DNA of 32,000 nucleotides from Nanobdellota archaeon (GTDB lineage Archaea > Nanobdellota > Nanobdellia > Nanobdellales > Nanobdellaceae). Under the pieces are notes generated by a model, which did no database searches, had not been told where the DNA came from, and was given only the letters and a program-made list of their open reading frames with translations. The stretch spans positions 120,001-152,000 of the forward strand of contig AP031373.1 of NCBI GenBank assembly GCA_042850255.1. Reading direction: 5' to 3'. Both the position numbers and the translations under genes were made by a program. Below are positions 9,358 through 17,802 of this stretch, piece by piece (the stretch's first letter is position 1; each line of letters opens with the position of its first letter).

Positions 9358-9495
9358 GCTAAATAAATCATTATATGAAAAATTTAAATATTATTACTAA
9401 ATAGTAATAAACCTTTAATATGGTAAGAAAATTTATTATTATTTATTAAATAATCGTAACGTAATGTTATTATAAATTTTTGGAAATAATATATT

Positions 9496-10431
9496 ATGAA
9501 TAATTACAATAATCTTGAAGATAAAATAAGTAATATAATAAAAAGCTTCTTCAAAGATAATAAAGATTATCCTAATGAAGAAAATTTAGAAAATTATGGA
9601 ATAAATATAAATTATAATATAAATAATTTGAACGAAGAAGATATAGAAAAAATCACTTTATATATTTATTCATCTACATTTAGTAGATTATCCTTATATA
9701 ATTGGGGAATAAAAGTATATATTACTCCAGAAAATTTAAATGATTTAATAAATAAAATCACAAGTTATAGTTTTATAAAATCAATAAAAGAAGAACAATT
9801 TGGATTAGAAATAAATAAATCTGTTTATAAGAGTGTATCTTTATATGAAATAATAATCAGTATTCCATTTTTTTCTAGTAAAGACTATGACATATCTCCA
9901 CTAAGTTACCTAGGTTTTAAAAATAATTTAAATAATCTTCCCAAGATGGATATATTAAATATTAACAAAATAGAATTTTCGGGGAATGTAATGGGAAGAT
10001 TTTCTCCATGTTTATATAAAGATAATGAGAAATCAATTGAAATAGGAGCTTGTAGTTTAGATAAAGAAATCGAAGAGGCTTTTGAAAAAAGTAGATTATT
10101 AATAAATTTTAACAATAATTATAATACCAATATTCTAGCTGTTTCAAAAGATGGATTAATAAAGCTATTGAAAGAAAAATTTGATAAGGAGTATAGATTA
10201 GATCTTGATGAAGATAAAAAAGAAAAAGATATTATAATTTTAGAAGCTGAGATAAATAGCAAATCTTTAGAAAAGCCAATAGAAATTCCTGTAATAGTTG
10301 AAAATGCATCGTTCTATGACAAAAATCTTTTAAATGTTATAGTATTAGCTCCCGTTTACCCTTATACATTTCACATTTCCGAAAGTTCTATATTAAATGA
10401 TTTTTTACATAATTTTGAAAATAGATTATGA
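9496..10431 (+). CDS. Hypothetical protein (311 aa), divergently transcribed from the paralog array
   Basis: Long ORF. Its N-terminus NLEDKISNIIKSFFKD resembles that of member 2 (SLKDSIKKIINEHFKAD), but the rest is not recognisably related. Confidence 0.55.
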   Translation: MNNYNNLEDKISNIIKSFFKDNKDYPNEENLENYGININYNINNLNEEDIEKITLYIYSSTFSRLSLYNWGIKVYITPENLNDLINKITSYSFIKSIKEEQFGLEINKSVYKSVSLYEIIISIPFFSSKDYDISPLSYLGFKNNLNNLPKMDILNINKIEFSGNVMGRFSPCLYKDNEKSIEIGACSLDKEIEEAFEKSRLLINFNNNYNTNILAVSKDGLIKLLKEKFDKEYRLDLDEDKKEKDIIILEAEINSKSLEKPIEIPVIVENASFYDKNLLNVIVLAPVYPYTFHISESSILNDFLHNFENRL

Positions 10432-10861
10432 AATCTCTAAATAGAATTATTTTTTAGAGTTATTGTAATTTATTGGAAGAATAATAGATTTCATTAAACA
10501 ATTATTACTATAATTTCTACAAAATTTTATATTTAAATAAAAAATAATATTCCCCAATATAGCTTTTTTAACAGTATTATTATAACATCTAATATATTAT
10601 TTAATTCCGTTTTTATATAATCGTCACAATATTCTATATTTTTTAAATTTTCAATAATTTCTATCAGCTATCTCTATACAATTTTTATAATATTCTAAAT
10701 CTTTATTTTCTAATTTATTATTTTTTATTAATTCATATAAAATAATTAAATATATAATTTTAAAAAGCACTATTAACTAAAGATAATAAGTAACATTTTT
10801 GAGTTTTTATTATTATTGCCATTAAACATTAATTTTTAGATATAAGAAAATCTATATATTT

Positions 10862-11395
10862 TTATGGAGAATCTCTATCTATTAAATTGATTTCTTTTTC
10901 TATACTAAGATCTTTTTCATCTAATATTACTATCTCCTTTATATTTTCTGTTTTTACTTTTTCTAAGGTTTTAAATGAACTATCTGTAGTCAAGAATACT
11001 TCACATATAAGATCTGATATAGAAAAGTGTAATAAATCATTAAATCCAGGAACACTAGAATGTATTTTTACATTATTTATATAATCTATACTTTTATTTA
11101 ATGCCCCTATAATGTTCAAATATTTTATCGTTATTTGTTTATTTTCTTTAATATCTATGATTTTATATATAGACATCATATCTTCTATAAATTTTTCATA
11201 AGCTTCTGATTTACTCATATTTGGATACCATTCATCTTTATATCTTTCTCTTGAAAATAATATATGTAAAGCTTCTTCTATCCCAATAATACTAATATAA
11301 GGTGTTATATTTTCAGAATATGGAGAATAAGCATGATTTTTAATTTTTTTAATAGAAAATGCAATTGCCGGATATGTATCATAATATACCTTCAT
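10862..11395 (-). CDS. PIN-domain-like protein (putative nuclease) with an enlarged central insert
   Basis: 177 aa. Acidic residues sit in the PIN pattern: KVYYDTYPAI (beta1 Asp), IGIEEALH, and GFNDLLHFSISDLICEVFLTTDSSF (the D…A/S…T-x-D-x-x-F C-terminal signature, Asp-to-Asp spacing about 18). Confidence 0.45.
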   Translation of the reverse strand: MKVYYDTYPAIAFSIKKIKNHAYSPYSENITPYISIIGIEEALHILFSRERYKDEWYPNMSKSEAYEKFIEDMMSIYKIIDIKENKQITIKYLNIIGALNKSIDYINNVKIHSSVPGFNDLLHFSISDLICEVFLTTDSSFKTLEKVKTENIKEIVILDEKDLSIEKEINLIDRDSP

Positions 11396-12098
11396 TTCTT
11401 AATTTCTTTAAATCTTTAGAGAACTCTATTAAAGTATCCTCATTAACTTTTTTATCTTCTACAATATCTATTATATTTTTATTTACTCTTATAGCTAAAT
11501 CATTTACAAAGTCAATATATTTTATATAAAAATCTTCTTTCTTTATATATTTAGCATTGTAATATAAAGATATAGCAAATATAGGTTCTAAACCAACTTT
11601 GAATCCTAAAATAGAATAATCCAAATTTATATCGTAAGGTATTTTAATTTCAGTATAATTTTTGATTATAGCTTCCAATACTTTTGTTAGAATCTTAATA
11701 TGTAAATTATGAACTATATAAACTAAATTAGGTAACAGATTTTTATCTAGGTATATTATAGGAAATTTCTCGCTAGATAATATAATTTTATAATTATTAT
11801 TCATAAAATCAGAAAATTTTACTTCCATAAATTTAGATAATTTTATTTTTTTGTTTCTTAATTTTTTAATTTTTTTCTTAATTATTTCTTTAATTATATT
11901 TTCATCATTCAATATATTATAAGAAAACCTGTATATATTTTTTAAAACAACTTCTGTATCTCTTTTTCTAAATAAAATTTTAATAATATTATTTAGAGTA
12001 TATATATCTCTAATTTTTAATGTTTTTCTTTCCTTTACTAGATTTATGTCCGATATCGAATATAACCCATAGGCTAAACTAGGATATATATAATTCAT
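11379..12098 (-). CDS. Hypothetical protein (239 aa), upstream partner of the PIN-like gene
   Basis: Long ORF whose 3' end overlaps the PIN-like gene start by 17 nt. I recognise no domain. Confidence 0.55.
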   Translation of the reverse strand: MNYIYPSLAYGLYSISDINLVKERKTLKIRDIYTLNNIIKILFRKRDTEVVLKNIYRFSYNILNDENIIKEIIKKKIKKLRNKKIKLSKFMEVKFSDFMNNNYKIILSSEKFPIIYLDKNLLPNLVYIVHNLHIKILTKVLEAIIKNYTEIKIPYDINLDYSILGFKVGLEPIFAISLYYNAKYIKKEDFYIKYIDFVNDLAIRVNKNIIDIVEDKKVNEDTLIEFSKDLKKLRNEGIL

Positions 12099-12388
12099 AA
12101 TTTTAATATTTTTTTTATCTATTTAATAATGTTTACAAACACCCTAAATAAAATTTGTTAAAAATTAATAATTTTATTGATTGAAATTTTTAGAATAATA
12201 AATGATCCAAATGCGATTCTATTCTTTATTTTATTGAATAAAAAACTATAATATGAGTTTTTAATTTATTTTCATTTTTAAATATTGTTTAAAAATACTA
12301 GTAACAATTAATTTAATTTATTTAATTTTAAAGATTCCTAAGTTGAAGAAAGTTATATTTATAAATTTTATTCACAAAATACTATCAT

Positions 12389-13225
12389 ATGAGTAATAAA
12401 GATAATAAATATAATTTATTGCCATATATATCACTTGGAGGATTTATATTATCATCTATAGGAACTGTTGATGTTGCTAAAAATACATCAAATTTTGATC
12501 TTATAGCACCCCTTTTTATAAGTTCTGTAGGCTTTTTGATGGCTTTTGTAATATCCGCTACTAACTCAATTAGAAAAGAAATAGGAAAATTTGATAATGA
12601 TCAATTCGAAAACTCACAAGTTTGGGATATATATAAATATACTATAAAAATAAATAATGGATTAAAAGAAGAAGTTACAGTTATTATGCCAGATAGATCC
12701 TCTTATGATTATATAATAACAAAGGATAAAGATAGCTATGAAACACTAAATAGAATATATTCTATATCAAAAAATTATAATAAAAATTTACATATAATTA
12801 CTAGTAGAGATTCAGAAGGCGATTACATATCCTTCTTTTTTACGGGTGAAATAAAACCATATTATATATATGTAATAACAGATAATGAATATTTTAATTT
12901 AGATGGTATATTATATAACTATAAACCTTTATTATTAGTTAAAGATGAATCTGGAAAAACATTTGGATATAATCCTAATACTGGCTTTACAAAAATAAAA
13001 GATAATGGAGCAAAAGAATATGTTAAAATATCTGAAGAAATAAATGGAAAAAGTTTAAATAAATATGATTTATATAATAATAGACCAGATAATATAGTAA
13101 AGGATTATAAGATGTTGCCTATAGGGTTTGTAAATAAATATGAGGGAAGATTAATATATAGTGTTATGGGATCCGATAACAGCGAAATGGGTAAGAAGAA
13201 GTTGGTTGAAATATTATCTAAATAA
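12389..13225 (+). CDS. Membrane-anchored protein (two N-terminal TM helices plus a soluble domain), unknown function
   Basis: 278 aa. Two hydrophobic segments in the first ~60 aa (LLPYISLGGFILSSIG…, LIAPLFISSVGFLMAFVISA) are followed by a Y/N/K-rich domain. Confidence 0.55.
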   Translation: MSNKDNKYNLLPYISLGGFILSSIGTVDVAKNTSNFDLIAPLFISSVGFLMAFVISATNSIRKEIGKFDNDQFENSQVWDIYKYTIKINNGLKEEVTVIMPDRSSYDYIITKDKDSYETLNRIYSISKNYNKNLHIITSRDSEGDYISFFFTGEIKPYYIYVITDNEYFNLDGILYNYKPLLLVKDESGKTFGYNPNTGFTKIKDNGAKEYVKISEEINGKSLNKYDLYNNRPDNIVKDYKMLPIGFVNKYEGRLIYSVMGSDNSEMGKKKLVEILSK

Positions 13226-13287
13226 TCTAAAAAATTTCAATAAATTAACCTTGCCTATACATAATAAAATTTTATATTTTTCATAAT

Positions 13288-13328
13288 AGGTCTGGTAAGG
13301 ACGACGGATAATTGCTGTTATCCGACCT
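13288..13328. ncRNA. GC-rich structured island between convergent genes (candidate small RNA or terminator hairpin)
   Basis: About 49% G+C over 41 nt (20 G/C counted) in an otherwise AT-rich spacer. A perfect 7-bp hairpin forms between cggataa (13305-13311) and ttatccg (13318-13324) with loop ttgctg. The flanking aggt (13288-13291) and acct (13325-13328) can also pair. Confidence 0.3.
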
Positions 13329-13433
13329 GATAATTATAATATATACTATAATTTCTAACCTTCTTAATGTATGTTACTTATTTACACAAGCTTTATATCT
13401 TGTTATCAAATATTTTCCATATATAAATAATAG

Positions 13434-14288
13434 TTAGGCAGAATTTTCTGTACCTTTATATATTAAGCCAAATTTAATAAAACTTAAGGAATCATTAGAT
13501 ATATCTTTTAATTCTATATTTTCTACTTTTTTTCCATTATAAGAAATAACATCTAGTTTTATACCATCTTTATCATTATATATTTTCCATACTAAATATG
13601 GTAAATAAATATAATGATCATTATCATCAAATTTTTTCAAATTGACTAAATATATATTGATATCTAAGTTTAATAAATCTCTAATTTTAGATTCTCTTAA
13701 TCTATTTAATTTTTCTTCTAAATTATAACCCATATTTTTTGTTATATATTCACCTGATACAAAATATACTTTCTCATCAAGAGTTAAAAGATCTATTAAT
13801 GGGTCCAAACCAATTGAATAAAAGTTAATGTAAATATTATCTGAAATTTTAAATTTATTAAGATTTACATAATTATATAAAGGGTTTAGATTTGCCAATG
13901 ATATCCCTATAGTATCAAACAAAGATCTTATTGTTTTGTCTTTATCTTCATTTATTTTATATAATATTTCTATATAATTATTTTCTTCAGATGATAATCT
14001 ATTATCTTTTTTTACTCTTATCATTATATATCCATTGTAAAGATATGATAGAAACTGTATATAATTTTCTAAAAGATGATCATAAATATTACCATAGTTT
14101 ATATTTATAGAAACTATAAACTTACTTTGATTTTTATTATATTTTTCTGAGTATATTTTTAATTCATAACCTCCAAACTCCAATTTTTTTATTTCAACTG
14201 TTATATTATCTATTTTACAATTACTTTTTTCTTGTGTATGAAATAAAAAGTTATTTATTACATCAAATAAATCGAGATTGTAAGACAT
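13434..14288 (-). CDS. Hypothetical protein (284 aa)
   Basis: Long ORF with no recognised domain. Confidence 0.55.
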   Translation of the reverse strand: MSYNLDLFDVINNFLFHTQEKSNCKIDNITVEIKKLEFGGYELKIYSEKYNKNQSKFIVSININYGNIYDHLLENYIQFLSYLYNGYIMIRVKKDNRLSSEENNYIEILYKINEDKDKTIRSLFDTIGISLANLNPLYNYVNLNKFKISDNIYINFYSIGLDPLIDLLTLDEKVYFVSGEYITKNMGYNLEEKLNRLRESKIRDLLNLDINIYLVNLKKFDDNDHYIYLPYLVWKIYNDKDGIKLDVISYNGKKVENIELKDISNDSLSFIKFGLIYKGTENSA

Positions 14289-14656
14289 AAAATATTATTT
14301 ATCCTTTATCTTTATATCCATACCTCCTTCATAACTATCATTTTAATATATTTTACCCTTTCGTAAGATCTGATAATGAATTTATACATTCTTCTTTTCC
14401 CAATTTTTTAATATATATATTACATAATTTCTCCCTATATTATTATCCCTCCAGATATATTTACAAAACATTACTAAGATCCTCTTTATATTTTTTATAA
14501 TATTATCCTAAAGTAGTATATAATCTATGATCTGACCTAGTTAAACCCCCCAAATGTATGATATACTATCTTTTTCTGGCATCGACTATTATCATTTAAA
14601 ATTCTACCATTAAATTAATAATAAATATCTATGATAATTTTTCTTCTTATGATTTC

Positions 14657-15262
14657 TTATACCTTTTCCAATATGGAAAATACATAATAAAAGATTCCCC
14701 AAGAATACAGAGTATCATTAATTTTATTGAAAAAATCAATTATTTTATTTTTTATTCCTTTTAAATTATTATTATATTTTATTTCTATTAAATCTATATT
14801 TATATTCATTTTATTTAATAAATCTTTTATATTAATTCTATCATATTTATCAATTAATAATTTTACATTATAATATTTTTCTTCAGAATATTGTAAAGAT
14901 AAATCTAAATATTTATAAAATTCTCTTAAAAGAGTTTTTTCAATCATATAATTTATTATTGGATTAATTTTATTATCTGTATAAAAAATTATTTTTTCTA
15001 TATTTTTATTTGAAGATATATAATACAAAATATTTATTAAATATTCAAAAGGATCTTCTGATCTTTCATAAACACAATTTATACCTGATTTTTTTAATAA
15101 TATTAAATAATCTCTAATATATTTTTCATCTCCTCCATTAATTAAAATAATAAAATCTTTATTTTCTTTTAATATTTTATCTAAATTTTGAAACAAATAA
15201 TTTAACCTAAAAATTTTTCTATTTTTATTATTTATACCATACTCTGCAATTAATATTGTCAT
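14657..15262 (-). CDS. Hypothetical protein (201 aa), faint NYN/LabA-like alpha/beta layout
   Basis: The pattern TILIAEYG…ILINGGDEKY…GINCVY…KIIFYTDNKINPIINYM loosely recalls NYN/LabA strand order. The first catalytic Asp is not conserved, so this is very tentative. Confidence 0.4.
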   Translation of the reverse strand: MTILIAEYGINNKNRKIFRLNYLFQNLDKILKENKDFIILINGGDEKYIRDYLILLKKSGINCVYERSEDPFEYLINILYYISSNKNIEKIIFYTDNKINPIINYMIEKTLLREFYKYLDLSLQYSEEKYYNVKLLIDKYDRINIKDLLNKMNINIDLIEIKYNNNLKGIKNKIIDFFNKINDTLYSWGIFYYVFSILEKV

Positions 15263-15327
15263 TATATAATAGTAGAAACAAAACTAATAAATAAAATTAT
15301 TTAAGTATTGAAACTTTTAGATAATTC

Positions 15328-15963
15328 ATGATAGGAGTATTAGACTTTGATGGTACTTTAGTAGATAGTTATTCATGTATACCAATATTTTATGAAAAAA
15401 TTAAAGAAAGAATGAATTTAGATGATGGATTTATAGATGCAATGCTATTATTGGAAGAAACTGGGGATTATTTTGGAATATTTGAAAGAAATAGGTTTGT
15501 AAGATTAATATTTGACAATGTAGATGATTTTGTAGAAGAATATTGGAAATTTAGGACAGAAAATACATTAATATTATCTGGGACTATAGAATTTTTAGAA
15601 AAATATAAAGATAAAATAGATTTATATTTACTAACATCTAAAGATGATTCAAAAGAAGTGAAATTAAGAAGAATAAAATATATAGGTCTAGATAAATATT
15701 TTAAAGATATAATAATTTATGGAACTGATGATTTTAAAACTATAAAAGATGGATTACAGTATATTGCTGATAAAGATAAAGTACTATTTTATGTAGATGA
15801 TAAAAATGTAAACTTATATTCTTTAAGAAATATAATCGGAGTTCCATTATTTAAAAAAATATATTACCCACCATTTCCATTAAAATTGGCATGGAAGTAT
15901 CCAAAATTAAATTTACCAGAAATATTAAATTTATTAGAATTAGAAAAATATATAAAAATTTAA
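15328..15963 (+). CDS. HAD-superfamily hydrolase
   Basis: N-terminal MIGVLDFDGTLVDS (DxDGT motif I), LLTSKDD (motif II Ser/Thr) and a late YVDDK acidic motif. Confidence 0.8.
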   Translation: MIGVLDFDGTLVDSYSCIPIFYEKIKERMNLDDGFIDAMLLLEETGDYFGIFERNRFVRLIFDNVDDFVEEYWKFRTENTLILSGTIEFLEKYKDKIDLYLLTSKDDSKEVKLRRIKYIGLDKYFKDIIIYGTDDFKTIKDGLQYIADKDKVLFYVDDKNVNLYSLRNIIGVPLFKKIYYPPFPLKLAWKYPKLNLPEILNLLELEKYIKI

Positions 15964-16577
15964 AAAATATAGGGAAAGAACTTGTATTTTACTCTCTTTT
16001 TATAATTTAAATATTCTTCTCCTAAATTTTTTATTAATAATTCTTCTTCAATACTTGCTCTATAATTATATGCAAATATTAGTATTAATATTAAGGGAAT
16101 AGATAACACATTTCTATAAACTATTGGAATACCTAAAAATATTAAAATAGCTCCTGAATATATAGGATGTCTAATATATTTATAAGGACCTTTATCTATA
16201 ACTTTATGACCTTTACAGATAGTAACAGTAGTAGAAAAATATCTACCTAAAGATATCTTCCCCCAGATATTTATAATTAGTCCAATTAAGGAAATTATAA
16301 GTCCTATGTATATAAAAATTGGAGGAAGAATAAAGTAATGTAAAAAATATATTTTATTGCTTAAATAATATATAAAATAAGCAAGAAAGATAACAATAGT
16401 TACATAAATAAATATTGAGAACATTAATATTATATAAGATCTTTTCTCTATTTCTTTAATTTCTTTATTCTTATTTTTTATATCTTTTATATTTAATATA
16501 ATAAAGTATAAAAACATACTATAATAAATTACAATAACTAGTATTTCATTAGAAATATTTCCAAATATATTACTCAT
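15960..16577 (-). CDS. Isoprenylcysteine carboxyl / phospholipid methyltransferase family membrane protein
   Basis: 205 aa and polytopic. It carries the signature …VIDKGPYKYIRHPIYSGAILIFLG…. Confidence 0.8.
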   Translation of the reverse strand: MSNIFGNISNEILVIVIYYSMFLYFIILNIKDIKNKNKEIKEIEKRSYIILMFSIFIYVTIVIFLAYFIYYLSNKIYFLHYFILPPIFIYIGLIISLIGLIINIWGKISLGRYFSTTVTICKGHKVIDKGPYKYIRHPIYSGAILIFLGIPIVYRNVLSIPLILILIFAYNYRASIEEELLIKNLGEEYLNYKKRVKYKFFPYIF

Positions 16578-16635
16578 AAAAACAAAATCTATTAAAATTT
16601 TTTAAATTAAGTTTTGGAATAAAATAAAAAATAAT

Positions 16636-17127
16636 TTATGTTAGTTGAGCAGTTTCTGTTATACCATCATAAGATAATGAGAATACGTAATAATACAGTC
16701 CACTATTAACATTACTTATTATTGTTGAATCTGTACCACCTGAAGTACTTGTACAACTTAATAAAACTGTTGACTGAGATCCTGGTGGAATTGCAGTAGA
16801 AGTGGTAGTATTAGAAGCTGTACAGGTATATGTATTTCCGTCATATGAATCATTAGCAGTATAATATTCTTGAGCAACTCCACTCACACTACTTATAACT
16901 ACAGGTATATTCCCATTATTATAAATTATTGCATATATATTTCCCCCACTATCATATATTTGAGAAATATAAAAAGAAGGTGTTTGTGTTAATTTATTCG
17001 TTGCTGTGCTTGCAGAAGCTGTTAAAGATCCAAATAATCCACTTAACCATGCATATAACAATCCTGCTATTGCTACAGTCATTACTATTAATAATATAGT
17101 TGCTATAATTGGTGAAATACCTTTCAT
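16636..17127 (-). CDS. Archaeal type IV pilin-like protein (class III signal peptide)
   Basis: The N-terminus MKG|ISPIIATILLIVMTVAIAGLLYAW is the archaeal prepilin signal (short basic leader, Gly, hydrophobic helix). The remainder is S/T/G-rich and visibly less AT-biased. Confidence 0.85.
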   Translation of the reverse strand: MKGISPIIATILLIVMTVAIAGLLYAWLSGLFGSLTASASTATNKLTQTPSFYISQIYDSGGNIYAIIYNNGNIPVVISSVSGVAQEYYTANDSYDGNTYTCTASNTTTSTAIPPGSQSTVLLSCTSTSGGTDSTIISNVNSGLYYYVFSLSYDGITETAQLT

Positions 17128-17200
17128 GAATATATCTAGATACTTCTGTATTTATAAACTTTTATCCTATCATAAATTCAAAAATTAGAATGCTATTAAT

Positions 17201-17275
17201 GGACCCGTAGCTCAGCATGGATAGAGCGGTGGCCTCCTAAGCCACAGGTCGGGGGTTCGAATCCCCCCGGGTCCG
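17201..17275 (+). tRNA. tRNA-Arg (anticodon CCT)
   Basis: Manual cloverleaf: GGACCCG/CGGGTCC acceptor, GCTC…GAGC D arm, GTGGC-CTCCTAA-GCCAC anticodon arm, GGGGG-TTCGAAT-CCCCC T arm. It is GC-rich, has no encoded CCA, and is followed by TTTTT. Confidence 0.95.
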
Positions 17276-17280
17276 TTTTT
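17276..17280 (+). terminator. Oligo-T tract immediately after tRNA-Arg
   Basis: TTTTT directly follows the discriminator base. Oligo-T is the usual archaeal termination signal. Confidence 0.4.
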
Positions 17281-17286
17281 AATTAA

Positions 17287-17748
17287 TTACAATAGATTTC
17301 TTTCCTTTAATGTTAATAGAAGTCTTAAAGATTTTACAGCATCCTCTGGAGATTCAAATACTGGTGCATATCTTTCTAAAGATATTTTTATTTGCTCTGT
17401 AAATCCACCTCCATATACTACAAAAACTAATGGTTTTTTATTAATTATTTTCGAAACTTTTTCTGGGAATTTTTCTGTAAAAAAGGATAATTGAGGCAAT
17501 ACAATAGATATTATACCCTCAGTCCTATAATCATTTAATAATATTTCTAAACCTTTTATATATTGATCTTCATTTGCTTGAGCAGTAGTATCTATAGGAT
17601 TATGAAATGAGGAAAAAGAAGGTAAAATTTGTTTTAGTTTTTCTTTTATATCCTCAGGAGTTTCTTGTAAAAGTATATTATTTTGTTCTAACGCATCTGT
17701 AGCTAAAACTCCTTCCCCACCACCATTTGTATAAACATATACTACCAT
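17287..17748 (-). CDS. ADP-forming acetyl-CoA synthetase (ACD) alpha subunit, C-terminal domain encoded as a separate ORF
   Basis: 153 aa starting MVVYVYTNGGGEGVLATDA… This corresponds to the …ITNGGGxGVxAxDA… start of the last alpha-subunit domain and continues to the normal C-terminus (…PVFESPEDAVKSL…). Confidence 0.8.
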   Translation of the reverse strand: MVVYVYTNGGGEGVLATDALEQNNILLQETPEDIKEKLKQILPSFSSFHNPIDTTAQANEDQYIKGLEILLNDYRTEGIISIVLPQLSFFTEKFPEKVSKIINKKPLVFVVYGGGFTEQIKISLERYAPVFESPEDAVKSLRLLLTLKERNLL

Positions 17749-17768
17749 ACTAACAAAATATAATTTCT

Positions 17769-17782
17769 AAAATTTAAAAATT
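17769..17782. promoter_or_regulatory. Shared A/T element (AAAATTTAAAAATT), putative bidirectional TATA box
   Basis: Its centre lies about 27.5 nt from both the ATG at 17803 (+) and the ATG at 17748 (-), within a 54-nt divergent spacer. Confidence 0.4.
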
Positions 17783-17802
17783 GTAAAAGAGAGATAAAGA
17801 AT

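Noticed and set aside
14521-14600. Possible C/D box sRNA (tatgatctga…, aaatgataa on the minus strand)
   Set aside because: The boxes are imperfect, the C-like and D-like elements are directly adjacent or wrongly spaced, and no 12-nt guide architecture can be drawn.
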